DNA of 64,000 nt, taken from contig CAZWFL010000003.1 in NCBI GenBank assembly GCA_964633195.1, forward strand, positions 69,795 through 133,794. Reading direction: 5' to 3'. Shown here one piece after another: positions 1-10,248 of this stretch; the first letter of the stretch is position 1; every line of letters starts with the position of its first letter. The DNA is from an uncultured Rikenellaceae bacterium (GTDB lineage Bacteria; Bacteroidota; Bacteroidia; Bacteroidales; VadinHA17). The translations under genes were made by a program, and so were the position numbers. The notes under the pieces are model-generated. The model did not search any database, was not told where the DNA came from, and worked only from the letters and a program-made list of their open reading frames with translations.

Positions 1-75
1 GACAGCAGAACAGTAGCAGTAATACAATTCGTTTCATTACAGCATAATTTATTTTCACATCACAAATATAATAAT

Positions 76-954
76 CTAATTTCTTTTATCTGCGCCCCAC
101 ATCAGCTTATTTCTCAGTGTGCTGTAAAAATCAAATCCTTTCAGCATCACTGTTTTCAGTTTCTGCTGCGACCTTGAAATATATATCTCACGGTCGAAGG
201 GAAGCTTCTCCGATCTGAAATCACATGTTACCAGGTAACCGCTGCTCCGACCATCTATCTTCATCCTCAGACGGCTTCCACCCGATATCAATATCGGCCT
301 GATGGTAAGGTTATGTGGTGAGATGGGTGATATTATTATACTCTCGTCCCCCGGGGAGAGTATTGGTCCCCCTACACTAAGGTTATAGGCGGTTGATCCG
401 GTTGCCGTTGATACAATAAGCCCGTCGGCCCAATAGGTATTGAGATAAGCACCGTCAACATATACGCTTATTGTTACCATGCCCGGAGTATCCTTCTGTA
501 TTGTTATCTCATTCAGGGCGGTGGAGCCTCCGCCGTTAAAAAGGTCAGCCGGTTCAGTGATCTCAAGCAGAGACCTTTCTACAATCCCGAACTCACCCCT
601 GCACAGCAGCTCAACAGAATGAGTTATCTCATCGCCCGGGATATTGGCAAGGAACCCCATCCTGCCTGTATTAACTCCGGCAACCGGAATACCTGTGTCT
701 TTCACCTTCAGCATCGTTTCAAGAAAGGTACCATCGCCCCCGACACTGAGCACGAGGTCAGGAAGCTCCTGAAGACTTTCTATATCAGTAAAATAGCCGT
801 CAGGATCAGTTGCAGAACATGGTTTGCTCCCGGCACTCTTATGATAAATAAACGTTGGAATGCCCCGGCTGCAAAACTCTTTTACAAGTATAGCAACCCC
901 CTCTTCAGTCCTGGGATTGTTCTCCTTGCTGTAAATCGCCACTCTCTTCAGCAT
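76..954 (-). CDS. nadK: NAD(+) kinase
   Basis: 292-aa ORF with GGDGTFL and NTGRMGFL NAD-kinase motifs. Confidence 0.9.
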   Translation of the reverse strand: MLKRVAIYSKENNPRTEEGVAILVKEFCSRGIPTFIYHKSAGSKPCSATDPDGYFTDIESLQELPDLVLSVGGDGTFLETMLKVKDTGIPVAGVNTGRMGFLANIPGDEITHSVELLCRGEFGIVERSLLEITEPADLFNGGGSTALNEITIQKDTPGMVTISVYVDGAYLNTYWADGLIVSTATGSTAYNLSVGGPILSPGDESIIISPISPHNLTIRPILISGGSRLRMKIDGRSSGYLVTCDFRSEKLPFDREIYISRSQQKLKTVMLKGFDFYSTLRNKLMWGADKRN

Positions 955-960
955 CCTTCG

Positions 961-1626
961 TTACATGTTAAGATATTTCATAAGAAGATCGAATCTTTCC
1001 GAATAAAAACGGTCCATCGAGTCATCACTTGTGACCCATGTTTTAACATCATAATTATAGCGCTCAAACGTCTTTATAACTGATACCAGGTCAGTGCTGC
1101 TCACCTTCAGAGTCACTTCCAGCTTCGTTGAATCAGGCGGGGAAGTTAAATACATGCTTAGTACCTTTACATTATTACCCTCAATAATCTGTGCTATCTG
1201 CGACAGGGAATAATCCCTCTCTATCAGCTCAAGTACAATTATGCCCCCCGTCTGATCAAGGGATGAGATGCCTGCGATATGTCTGATGAGGTCGTTTGTT
1301 GTTATAACTCCTTTATAATGGTTGTTTGAATCGAGAACAGGGATTACCGAGAGCTTTAGCCTTGAGGCCAGACCAATAACCTCAAACAGATGCTGGTCGG
1401 TTGTGACATAGGGTTTAAGGAGTGTAAGAGGGTGATTTCCAATTGGTTCTTCAGGCTGATTGGTGTCATAAATATCAGAATCCGAAATAAGCCCCAGAAA
1501 ATCCTGATTATTTACAATGGGCAGATGTGAAACCCTGAAAATCTCCATCCAGTTGAGGGCGGTCTGTCCTGAATCTGATGTCTTCAGAGCCGGAACGATT
1601 TCTGAAATCAAGTCTTTTGCAACCAT
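961..1626 (-). CDS. CBS domain-containing protein
   Basis: 221-aa ORF; the N-terminal two-thirds reads as a CBS pair; the 6-nt gap to nadK suggests co-transcription. Confidence 0.7.
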   Translation of the reverse strand: MVAKDLISEIVPALKTSDSGQTALNWMEIFRVSHLPIVNNQDFLGLISDSDIYDTNQPEEPIGNHPLTLLKPYVTTDQHLFEVIGLASRLKLSVIPVLDSNNHYKGVITTNDLIRHIAGISSLDQTGGIIVLELIERDYSLSQIAQIIEGNNVKVLSMYLTSPPDSTKLEVTLKVSSTDLVSVIKTFERYNYDVKTWVTSDDSMDRFYSERFDLLMKYLNM

Positions 1627-1731
1627 ATCACCGATTGATCATTTAATTTTCATCTAAATTAGTAAAAAAAAAGCCAGTTCTTATAAATTTGCATCACAAT
1701 CAGATTACGTGAATTAATAATAAATATTATA

Positions 1732-2445
1732 ATGACAAGGCTAAGTGTTAACATAAACAAGATTGCAACGATAAGGAACGCCAGAGGTGGAAATATTCCG
1801 AATGTAAAGAGTGCCGCCATTAACTGTGAGCTTTTCGGAGCTGACGGTATTACTGTCCATCCGCGTCCCGACGAAAGGCATATACGCTTCAGGGATGTTC
1901 TCGAAATACGGCCTGTCATAAAAACTGAATTCAATATAGAGGGATATCCTTCCGACAGCTTCATCAACCTTGTTCTCTCGGTTAAACCTGATCAGGTTAC
2001 ACTGGTACCTGACAAGCACGATGCCATTACCTCGAATGCCGGGTGGGATACAGTTACATACAGGAATTTTCTGTCGGATATTGTTTCAGAATTCAGGAAA
2101 CAGGGTATAAGAACATCTTTGTTTGTTGATACCGGGCCCGTCAATATTGAAAATGCAAAATATACAGGTGCCGACAGGATTGAACTTTATACGGAGCCGT
2201 ATGCTGCTATGTTCAGCAGTGATGCCGTTGAAGCTGTCAGGCCATACATAAAGGCAGCAGAGATTGCCAGGGAAGCCGGGCTGGGGCTCAATGCGGGGCA
2301 CGATCTGAATCTCGACAATCTGAGGTATTTCCGTCAGGCCATCCCGTGGCTCGAAGAAGTATCTATTGGTCATGCACTGATTTCCGATGCACTTTATCTG
2401 GGGCTGGAGAATACGATACAGCTTTATAAGAGACAGCTGATCTGA
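1732..2445 (+). CDS. pdxJ: pyridoxine 5'-phosphate synthase
   Basis: [17 protein letters not shown] and [16 protein letters not shown] strings typical of PdxJ; 237 aa. Confidence 0.92.
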   Translation: MTRLSVNINKIATIRNARGGNIPNVKSAAINCELFGADGITVHPRPDERHIRFRDVLEIRPVIKTEFNIEGYPSDSFINLVLSVKPDQVTLVPDKHDAITSNAGWDTVTYRNFLSDIVSEFRKQGIRTSLFVDTGPVNIENAKYTGADRIELYTEPYAAMFSSDAVEAVRPYIKAAEIAREAGLGLNAGHDLNLDNLRYFRQAIPWLEEVSIGHALISDALYLGLENTIQLYKRQLI

Positions 2446-2456
2446 TCTGGTCTGCC

Positions 2457-3254
2457 ATGAAGCTCTACCGGAGGAAATATGGCTCAGGCCCCCCGCTGAT
2501 AATTTTGCATGCCCTTTACGGATCGTCAGACAACTGGGTGCATATCGCAAAGAGGTTGAGCGGCAGTTTTACATGCTATCTGCCTGATCAGAGGAACCAC
2601 GGGCGCTCTCCTCACAGCAGCGAACATAATTATCCGGTTATGAGCAACGATATTGATGAACTTGCCGTGGAGCTTCAGCTGGGAAAATTCTTTCTTGCAG
2701 GTCACAGCATGGGAGGCAAAACTGCCATACATTACGCACTGAAACATCCGGAAAAACTAAGCGGACTGCTTGTGGCCGACATATCTCCTTTCACAACGGA
2801 TACTCAATATCATAGAGCCTGCAAACAGCATATCAATATCCTCAGCACAATAATTGACAGCGACCTGAGGGGATTATCAACGCGGACAGAAGTCGAATCA
2901 CTGATTGGTGATAAAATAAAATCAGGAAAGATAAGGGACTTCATAATGAAGAATCTGGAGAGGAAGCCCGACAGCACCTTAGGCTGGAAATTAAATGCCA
3001 GGGCACTTTTTGATAATCTCAGCCATATTATGGAAGGTATAGAGCGGCCGGGAACCGACACGGAACCGGTAACCGGTTTTCCGGTAATATTTCTTAAAGG
3101 AGAACTGTCTGATTATCTCCCCGACACCGATTTCAGGGATATACAAAGAATCTTCCCTTCTGCGGAGCTGATAAAGGTCAGACAGGCAGGTCATTGGATC
3201 CAGGCCGACAGCCCGGATAAGGTTGCGGAGGGTTTATTAAGACTTCTCGGTTGA
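2457..3254 (+). CDS. alpha/beta hydrolase
   Basis: 265 aa; GHSMGG nucleophile elbow and C-terminal AGHW His motif. Confidence 0.8.
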   Translation: MKLYRRKYGSGPPLIILHALYGSSDNWVHIAKRLSGSFTCYLPDQRNHGRSPHSSEHNYPVMSNDIDELAVELQLGKFFLAGHSMGGKTAIHYALKHPEKLSGLLVADISPFTTDTQYHRACKQHINILSTIIDSDLRGLSTRTEVESLIGDKIKSGKIRDFIMKNLERKPDSTLGWKLNARALFDNLSHIMEGIERPGTDTEPVTGFPVIFLKGELSDYLPDTDFRDIQRIFPSAELIKVRQAGHWIQADSPDKVAEGLLRLLG

Positions 3255-3260
3255 ACCTCC

Positions 3261-3983
3261 TCAAAACAACGTGACAGATTCGACACGGTCAGCCTCAATA
3301 AGAGGCATATTCATGAATCTGAGCAGAACCTGGGCCACAGCAAGTACATCCTTCTCACAATAGCTGACTATCCTTTTTATATCCCTTTCGTTCCAGTAAA
3401 TCCCTGCCACCATACTCCCGTCAATATCATCCTTGGGGGTGGAGATCCCGAGCACCGACGTGAGCAGATCGAGTGATGTATAATTTCTATGATCCCCGAA
3501 TTTCCAGAGCTCCATTGTATCGAGAAGCCTGATCTCCCATGGTTTTTTCCCCGCATTGTCCAGAATACCCGGAATCTTCAGTCCGTTGATCAGCATCCTC
3601 CTTGCAATATACGGATAATCGAATTCCTTGCCGTTATGGGCACATAACAGTACATCCCTGTTACCCGCAAACTTATTTACCATCAGCGAGAATTCCGACA
3701 AAAGACTCTTTTCATCGTCGCCATAAAAGGACTTTATTCTGAGACCCGGTGGCTTTGAATCCGAAATCACTCCTGCAGAGATACAAATCACCTTACCAAA
3801 TTCGGAATATATTCCTGCCCTCTCGTATACATCAGCAGGTGACTGGCTGTCATTCCTGAACTGCTTTGATTTTTTATCCCAGAGCATCCGGAAAGCCGGG
3901 TCAAGATCGTCGAAAGAGTGCTGCACCGGCACTGTTTCAATATCCAGGAACATAAGATCCCCGGGTTTGATATTTTCAAGCAT
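3261..3983 (-). CDS. RNase H-like 3'-5' exonuclease (PolB-exonuclease-like)
   Basis: 240 aa; FLDIETVP (ExoI-like acidic motif) and CAHNGKEFDYPY motifs. Confidence 0.7.
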   Translation of the reverse strand: MLENIKPGDLMFLDIETVPVQHSFDDLDPAFRMLWDKKSKQFRNDSQSPADVYERAGIYSEFGKVICISAGVISDSKPPGLRIKSFYGDDEKSLLSEFSLMVNKFAGNRDVLLCAHNGKEFDYPYIARRMLINGLKIPGILDNAGKKPWEIRLLDTMELWKFGDHRNYTSLDLLTSVLGISTPKDDIDGSMVAGIYWNERDIKRIVSYCEKDVLAVAQVLLRFMNMPLIEADRVESVTLF

Positions 3984-3987
3984 TGTC

Positions 3988-4608
3988 TTAGGTTTTTTCT
4001 GTTAAAAGGTGTTTCTCTATTATAGATATCAGGGCTTCAATACCTGTCCGATTCTCTCCTCCACCGGGGATAATAAGGTCGGCATATCTTTTTGAAGGCT
4101 CAATAAACTGAAGATGAGAAGGTTTTACGGTGTCGTGATATCTCTCCAGCACCTTCATCAGAGTCCGTCCCCTTTCGGCTATATCACGCTGAATGACCCT
4201 GCCTAGCCGGTCGTCGGCATCAGCATCAACAAATACCTTCAGATTGAAGATGTCGCGAAGAGCAGTATCGGTCAGAATCAGAATACCTTCCACCAGTACG
4301 ACCCTTGCCGGCTTTATCTGTATTGTTTCCGGTGACCTCACGCAGGTCAGGAATGAATATACAGGCATTTCTATCGAAAGACCTTTTTTAAGCATCTCCA
4401 GGTGTTGTGCCAGCAGGCTGAATTCCACCGAACCGGGATGATCAAAATTGATTCTTTGCCTCTCTTCCAGCGTAATGGCACTGTTATCCCTGTAATAGGC
4501 ATCCTGGGGCAGAACGACCACCTGGCCGGCAGGTAAGGCTTCCATTATCTTCCTCACCACAGTGGTCTTGCCCGAACCGGTGCCTCCTGCTATTCCAACA
4601 ATAAGCAT
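3988..4608 (-). CDS. udk: uridine kinase
   Basis: 206 aa; P-loop GIAGGTGSGKTT and uridine/cytidine-kinase-like sequence throughout. Confidence 0.9.
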   Translation of the reverse strand: MLIVGIAGGTGSGKTTVVRKIMEALPAGQVVVLPQDAYYRDNSAITLEERQRINFDHPGSVEFSLLAQHLEMLKKGLSIEMPVYSFLTCVRSPETIQIKPARVVLVEGILILTDTALRDIFNLKVFVDADADDRLGRVIQRDIAERGRTLMKVLERYHDTVKPSHLQFIEPSKRYADLIIPGGGENRTGIEALISIIEKHLLTEKT

Positions 4609-4724
4609 CCTCTTTATCTCTGTTTATGAACATCAAAAATAATAATTTACAGAACAAGGCGCCTAAAAAACAACAGTAAGCTTCGCCATTTAAGGTGAAA
4701 ATGTGCAGCGACAATAATTATGCT

Positions 4725-4732
4725 TATCTTTG
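4725..4732 (+). promoter_or_regulatory. Bacteroidota -7 promoter box TATCTTTG (manA)
   Basis: Exact TAnnTTTG match ~60 nt upstream of the ATG at 4792. It lies inside the ORF-track N-terminal extension, which argues for the downstream start. Confidence 0.4.
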
Positions 4733-4791
4733 TTATAGTATGCCGATTGATAACAACAAGGATCTTAACACTTCAAACTCCCGACTTACTC

Positions 4792-5778
4792 ATGTCAGAA
4801 TTATACCCGCTGAAATTTGAACCTCTGCTGAAAGAAAAGATATGGGGTGGGGAAACCCTGTCAAAGCACTACGGGAAGAGCCAGAACGGGTCAGGAAAAA
4901 TAGGCGAAAGCTGGGAAATATCAGCTGTTTCGGATAATTTATCAGTTGTAAGCAACGGATTTCTTGCGGGAAATAATATTGAAGAGCTAATTGAAGTCTA
5001 CCTGGGCGACATTACCGGGGATCAGATTTATGAGAAATTCGGTGCCGAGTTTCCGCTTCTTATCAAACTTGTCGAGGCAAGGGAGAATCTGTCTGTTCAG
5101 GTTCATCCGGGAAACGATGCCGCAAGAGAGCGGCACGGCGCATATGGCAAGACCGAGATGTGGTACATTATTGAAAGTGAAACAGATGCTAAAATATATA
5201 CAGGATTCCGGGAGCCTGTAACCAGGGAAATTTACACGGAAGCACTGGAAAAAGGAGAAATTGTGAATCTTCTCAATGCGGAGGATGCCCTTCCGGGAGA
5301 TACCTTCTTCACTCCTGCCGGAAGGATACATGCAATTGGCGCAGGCATTCTTCTTGCTGAAATACAGCAGACATCAGACATAACCTACAGGATTTATGAC
5401 TGGGGCAGAATCGGTCCGGGCAATAACGTAAGGGAACTTCATAATGATCTTGCACCCGGAGTAATTGATTTTAATGCGGCAGGAGAAACTGCTGTCAGAA
5501 AGAGACCCCTGCTCAATAAAAGTGAGAACCTGGTAAGTTGTGAGTTTTTTACAACCAATATTATGCAGTTTGACAGGCTTATTGGCAAAAACTATAACCT
5601 TCTTGATTCATTTGTTGTGTACCTTTGTACCGAAGGGAGATTCCGGGTAAAATGGAAAAATGGTGAAGAAATACTCATAAAGGGAGAAACATGCCTCCTC
5701 CCTGCCTGCATCAGAGAGGTTATTCTGGTTCCGGAGACCAGATCAACAGTACTTGAGATTTACATTGAAACAACCTAA
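4792..5778 (+). CDS. manA: class I mannose-6-phosphate isomerase
   Basis: MSELYPLKFEP... N-terminus and QVHPGND...GKTEMWYI cupin metal-site strings. Start moved from 4720 to the ATG at 4792. Confidence 0.85.
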   Translation: MSELYPLKFEPLLKEKIWGGETLSKHYGKSQNGSGKIGESWEISAVSDNLSVVSNGFLAGNNIEELIEVYLGDITGDQIYEKFGAEFPLLIKLVEARENLSVQVHPGNDAARERHGAYGKTEMWYIIESETDAKIYTGFREPVTREIYTEALEKGEIVNLLNAEDALPGDTFFTPAGRIHAIGAGILLAEIQQTSDITYRIYDWGRIGPGNNVRELHNDLAPGVIDFNAAGETAVRKRPLLNKSENLVSCEFFTTNIMQFDRLIGKNYNLLDSFVVYLCTEGRFRVKWKNGEEILIKGETCLLPACIREVILVPETRSTVLEIYIETT

Positions 5779-5807
5779 AATAATTAATTATCAAACACAT
5801 ATCTGTC

Positions 5808-6575
5808 ATGAGATTACTACCAGGATTATTATTTATTGTTTTTTTTACAGCTCTTGCGGCATGCACCGGCAGGGGTACAGGCAGCAAGCAGGCTGAAACT
5901 GAGGCTGACACCGTAACCGTTCCCGATACAGGCTACACAGGTATTAAGCAATATTTCAGTAAACAGTTGCTGCTGAAGGAGGTAACATTCAAGAATGGCA
6001 TCAGGCACGGTGAGACCAAGACTTATTATGCTGACGGCAAACTGTACCAGACTTTCTGGTACGAGAACGGGTTAAGACAGGATTCGGCAAGGTGGTATTA
6101 TCCTGAGGGGCAGGTCTTCCGGTCAACCCCTTTTAAAGATGATACCATACACGGTATACAGATGCAGTATTACAGAAACGGGACCAAAAGGGCAAGGCTG
6201 GAATATGCAAAAGGGTTCAGAACAACCTTTTTTGAGGAATACACACGCGATGGCAGGCTGATAAAAGGTTATCCTGAAATAGTGGCCGATATCCGCGACG
6301 ATTATAATGCTAAAGGCGTTGTAAGGGTAAATCTGTCATTATCAAACCAGGGTACAAGAGTAAAATTCTTCGTGGGTGAATATTATAATGGTGTTTTTGA
6401 TACATCGAAACTGACGATGCTTCCCGTGAGAGACGGTAAGGCATATGTTGATCTCAGGAAAACAGGTACTCCCCAGAAAAATTACATGAGCGTTATTGCC
6501 CAGATTCTGACGGGCCTTAGCAATAACTATCTGGCATACAAAAGGATTGATTTGCCATATAACGATCTGATATAA
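5808..6575 (+). CDS. MORN-variant repeat (YwqK-like) lipoprotein
   Basis: 255 aa; signal peptide with lipobox LAAC, followed by repeated G-x-x-x-G-x-x-K-x-YY-x-x-G units. Confidence 0.65.
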   Translation: MRLLPGLLFIVFFTALAACTGRGTGSKQAETEADTVTVPDTGYTGIKQYFSKQLLLKEVTFKNGIRHGETKTYYADGKLYQTFWYENGLRQDSARWYYPEGQVFRSTPFKDDTIHGIQMQYYRNGTKRARLEYAKGFRTTFFEEYTRDGRLIKGYPEIVADIRDDYNAKGVVRVNLSLSNQGTRVKFFVGEYYNGVFDTSKLTMLPVRDGKAYVDLRKTGTPQKNYMSVIAQILTGLSNNYLAYKRIDLPYNDLI

Positions 6576-6585
6576 ACGGATTAAT

Positions 6586-7194
6586 ATGATAATCCGGTCT
6601 GCCACATTCATAAAAAGCAGTCTCGCACCGGGTGATTATCCTGCCCCGTTTAAACCTGAATTCGGGTTTATAGGAAGATCCAATGTAGGTAAGTCATCGC
6701 TCATAAACATGCTTACAGGGGTGCCCCGTCTGGCAAAAACCTCCGGCCAGCCCGGTAAAACAAAAACAATCAATCATTTCTCCGTGGATGACATATGGTA
6801 CATAGCCGATCTGCCCGGGTACGGATATGCAAAGGTACCTGTTAAGATGAGGGAGGAATGGACAGCACTGGTCAGGAGATATATCCTTGAAAGAAAGAAC
6901 CTGGTGAGTCTTTTTGTCCTTATCGACTCACGATTAAAACCTCAGAGGTCAGACCTTGAATTCATGGATTTTCTTGGAATGAGCCAGGTATCTTTTGCAA
7001 GAATCTTTACAAAAAGTGATAAATTGTCAGAAACAGTGCTGAAAAAGAGCATTCTTTTATATGACAATGAGATGCTTGAAAGATGGGAAACGCTGCCTGT
7101 TACTATTATTACCTCGGCAGTTACCCGCAGAGGGAAAACTGAAATACTTGATTACATAAAAGAATCTATCAACAAGTTTTCATCCGGAGGCTGA
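6586..7194 (+). CDS. engB: ribosome biogenesis GTP-binding protein YihA/EngB
   Basis: 202 aa; G1 GRSNVGKSSLIN, G3 DLPGYG, G4 TKSDK. Confidence 0.9.
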   Translation: MIIRSATFIKSSLAPGDYPAPFKPEFGFIGRSNVGKSSLINMLTGVPRLAKTSGQPGKTKTINHFSVDDIWYIADLPGYGYAKVPVKMREEWTALVRRYILERKNLVSLFVLIDSRLKPQRSDLEFMDFLGMSQVSFARIFTKSDKLSETVLKKSILLYDNEMLERWETLPVTIITSAVTRRGKTEILDYIKESINKFSSGG

Positions 7195-7210
7195 TTTTAT
7201 CCGGAATTTA

Positions 7211-7218
7211 TAATTTTG
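7211..7218 (+). promoter_or_regulatory. -7 promoter box TAATTTTG (prs)
   Basis: Exact TAnnTTTG match ~45 nt upstream of the prs start. Confidence 0.4.
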
Positions 7219-7262
7219 TAACAGCAAAAAATCTGAAAAATCCTTAGCAAAACTGCTGAAAA

Positions 7263-8201
7263 ATGTACGGAAAAGCACCTATGAAATTGTTTTCATGCCG
7301 CTCATCAAGAGATCTGGCAGAGAAGATAGCCGATCAACTGGGTATCGGGCTGGGACAAAGCTCAGTAACCGAATTCAGTGACGGTGAGTTCCAACCATGT
7401 TTTGATGAATCGGTAAGGGGCGAAATGGTTTTTATAGTGCAGTCAACAAATCCCCCTGCAGACAACCTCTTTGAATTGCTCCTGATGATTGACGCAGCCA
7501 AGAGGGCATCTGCATACAAGGTTATTGCCGTTATTCCATATTTCGGCTTTGCCCGGCAGGACAGAAAAGACAGGCCCAGAGTCTCTATCGGATCCAAGCT
7601 TTCTGCTGACCTCCTGAGCACGGCAGGTGTCGACAGAGTAATAACTATGGATCTTCACGCTGACCAGATACAGGGATTTTTTGACGTGCCTGTTGATCAC
7701 CTCTTCGGATCTGCAATATTTGCACCCTATATAGAGAACCTCAACCTTAACAACATTACCATATCAGCTCCCGATATGGGTGGATCTAAAAGAGCAAATG
7801 CCTACTCTCGCCATCTCCAGACCGAGATGGTTCTCTGCTACAAACTCCGCAAGAAACCCAATGTAGTCGAAGAGATGTCCATAATAGGTGATGTGGACGG
7901 GAAGAACGTGATAATAGTTGACGATATGGTTGATACAGCCGGTACTATGGTTCTGGCCGCCCAGAAAATGGTTGAGTGCGGAGCAAAGAGCATCCGGGCT
8001 TTTGCAACTCATCCAATCCTGTCAGGTAACGCGGTCGAAAGAATTAACAACTCACCAATTGAGGAGCTGGTAGTAACCGACTCTGTCCCACTAAGGATAA
8101 TATCCGATAAAATCAAGGTGCTCTCTATAGCCGATATTTTTGCCAAAACAATCCAGGCTGTTAATCAGAATCTTTCTATCAGCACCAGTTTTGTTTTCTG
8201 A
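7263..8201 (+). CDS. prs: ribose-phosphate pyrophosphokinase
   Basis: 312 aa; DLHADQIQGFFDVPVDHL and the PRPP-binding loop VIIVDDMVDTAGT. The start could alternatively be the ATG at 7281. Confidence 0.93.
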   Translation: MYGKAPMKLFSCRSSRDLAEKIADQLGIGLGQSSVTEFSDGEFQPCFDESVRGEMVFIVQSTNPPADNLFELLLMIDAAKRASAYKVIAVIPYFGFARQDRKDRPRVSIGSKLSADLLSTAGVDRVITMDLHADQIQGFFDVPVDHLFGSAIFAPYIENLNLNNITISAPDMGGSKRANAYSRHLQTEMVLCYKLRKKPNVVEEMSIIGDVDGKNVIIVDDMVDTAGTMVLAAQKMVECGAKSIRAFATHPILSGNAVERINNSPIEELVVTDSVPLRIISDKIKVLSIADIFAKTIQAVNQNLSISTSFVF

Positions 8202-8220
8202 TTCCTTTGTGATATATTTG
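8190..8220 (+). promoter_or_regulatory. TTTG-N19-TATATTTG promoter (rplY-pth)
   Basis: TTTG at 8190-8193 and TATATTTG at 8213-8220 with 19-nt spacing. This implies a ~170-nt leader before rplY. Confidence 0.45.
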
Positions 8221-8395
8221 CAGGCCAATTTTTTCAATTATTAACCGTGTAATGCAGGCTTTTCTGAAATTATTCTGAAGAAATAATTCTGTCTTTTTAC
8301 AAAGGTAGTACCGGTATTTTCCGAAAAAAATCCCGATGATAAAACACCGGAAGAGACAGTGAGAGCCTGAGTAGCACAATAACACAAAAAAAAAA

Positions 8396-9019
8396 ATGAA
8401 AACCTTAGAGATTAAAGGAGCATCAAGAGAAGACCTGGGAAAAAGAGCATCGCTGAAGCTGAGAAAAAAAGGAAATGTGCCCTGTGTTATTTACGGCGCC
8501 AGTGGAAATACCCATTTTTATACTCATGAAAACAGTTTCAAAAACCTTGTTTACACACACGAAACTCATCTGGTAAAACTGAATATCGATGGAAAAGAGA
8601 TCAAAACTGTAATGAAAGATATTCAGTTTCACCCTGTTACAGATAAAATAATACACATCGACTTCATTGAAGTATTTGACAACAAACCCGTTATAATCAA
8701 TATACCGATTAACGTCACGGGCGATTCTGCAGGGGTTAAGGCAGGAGGTAAACTAAGGATGAAGAGAAGAAATCTCAAGGTTAAGGGTTACACCAACGAT
8801 ATACCTGATTTTCTGACAGTCGATATTACCAATGTCATAATTAATCAATCGGTAAAGGTAGGTGACCTGGCATTCGATAAGCTGGAACTGCTTGATCCTA
8901 AGACCTCTACCATACTTACAGTTGCCTCATCCCGTGTTGCACTTAAGAGCGAGGCAGAAATCGGAGAGGAGAGCCCTGAAACCGCTGAGAAGCCTGAGGA
9001 GGCACCTGCCGGGGAATAA
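8396..9019 (+). CDS. rplY: 50S ribosomal protein L25/general stress protein Ctc
   Basis: 207 aa; bL25/Ctc two-domain sequence with an acidic C-terminal tail; followed by pth, as is common. Confidence 0.9.
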   Translation: MKTLEIKGASREDLGKRASLKLRKKGNVPCVIYGASGNTHFYTHENSFKNLVYTHETHLVKLNIDGKEIKTVMKDIQFHPVTDKIIHIDFIEVFDNKPVIINIPINVTGDSAGVKAGGKLRMKRRNLKVKGYTNDIPDFLTVDITNVIINQSVKVGDLAFDKLELLDPKTSTILTVASSRVALKSEAEIGEESPETAEKPEEAPAGE

Positions 9020-9050
9020 GCTAATCATTTTTCAATATTAAACAGGCACA

Positions 9051-9686
9051 ATGAAATATCTGATAGTTGGCCTGGGGAACAGAGGCCGTGAGTATACCGA
9101 TACACGGCACAATATAGGCTTCACCATGCTTGACAGGATGGCTGAAATCAATAGTGTATCATTTGAGGACAGGCGATACGGAGAAGTATGTGAGATCAGG
9201 CATAAGGGGCGAATCTTTATCCTGCTCAAACCCTCTACATATATGAACCTGAGCGGCAATGCCGTACGCTACTGGATGAAAAAAGCAAAAGTACCTCTGG
9301 AAAATATTCTGATCATAGTTGACGATATTGCCCTTCCAACGGGGAGCTTCAGAATGAGGCCGGGAGGAAGCGACGGAGGACATAACGGACTTGCTCATAT
9401 CAACTCTGTAATGGGAACAGACAGGTACGCAAGAATAAGGATTGGTATCGGCAGCAGTTATCCCAGAGGCTCTCAGGTTAATTACGTACTGGGCCGATGG
9501 ACTCAGAAGGAAAAGAAACTGATTGATGAAAGGATCTCCGTTGTGATTGAAATGATAATCACTTTCGCCACATCCGGGATCGAACTCGCAATGACAAGAT
9601 TTAACAAAACCGGGAAAGATATCAATGCGGAGAAAGGTCATGAAGATTCAGCCGGACAAACGCCCGGGGTAAATCAGGACAATTAA
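9051..9686 (+). CDS. pth: aminoacyl-tRNA (peptidyl-tRNA) hydrolase
   Basis: 211 aa; LIVGLGNRGREYTDTRHNIGF N-terminus typical of Pth. Confidence 0.93.
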   Translation: MKYLIVGLGNRGREYTDTRHNIGFTMLDRMAEINSVSFEDRRYGEVCEIRHKGRIFILLKPSTYMNLSGNAVRYWMKKAKVPLENILIIVDDIALPTGSFRMRPGGSDGGHNGLAHINSVMGTDRYARIRIGIGSSYPRGSQVNYVLGRWTQKEKKLIDERISVVIEMIITFATSGIELAMTRFNKTGKDINAEKGHEDSAGQTPGVNQDN

Positions 9687-9698
9687 AAGTATAATCAG

Positions 9699-10094
9699 AT
9701 GGAAGGCAGGACGACAGTACGGACAGATAAGTTCCTGTGGGCAGCAAGACTCTACAAAACAAGGAGTATGGCCTCTGAAGCCTGCAGGAAAGGTAAAATA
9801 CTTATCAACGGCATTGAAGCCAAACCATCAAGGATAATATCGGAAGATGATATCCTCGTGGTCAAAAAACTTCCTGTAACCTATACTTATAAAGTTCTGA
9901 AGCCTGCCGGTAACAGGGTCTCTGCGGCGATAGTCCCGTCACTGATTGAGGACCTCACGCCGGAAGAAGAAAAATCGAAGCTGCTCTTAAGGAAATCGCT
10001 TATTGGCGGATACAGGGAAAAAGGTGCCGGCCGGCCTACAAAAAAGGAAAGGAGATCACTCGACAGGCTGAGTGATGGAATAAACCATCTGTGA
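9699..10094 (+). CDS. S4-domain RNA-binding protein (Hsp15-like)
   Basis: 131 aa; VRTDKFLWAARLYKTRS S4-fold N-terminus and a basic C-terminus. Confidence 0.75.
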   Translation: MEGRTTVRTDKFLWAARLYKTRSMASEACRKGKILINGIEAKPSRIISEDDILVVKKLPVTYTYKVLKPAGNRVSAAIVPSLIEDLTPEEEKSKLLLRKSLIGGYREKGAGRPTKKERRSLDRLSDGINHL

Positions 10095-10248
10095 TGGTGG
10101 TATAAAGACCTATTCTTTGCAGAATTTGTCATTAAATTAACCCGGTACCTGAAATATCAGCCTCTATTTTTTTTAAATTGCAGTCAGCCTGACACTTTTC
10201 CGATCAGGAACCAGAAGTATCCTTTGAACGTGTATTGAAGCTTAACCT

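Noticed and set aside
619-2550. Shadow ORFs overlapping nadK, the CBS gene and pdxJ (619-1083, 1659-1967, 1741-2019, 2086-2550)
   Set aside because: Each is antisense to, or out of frame with, a motif-supported gene and has no motif of its own.
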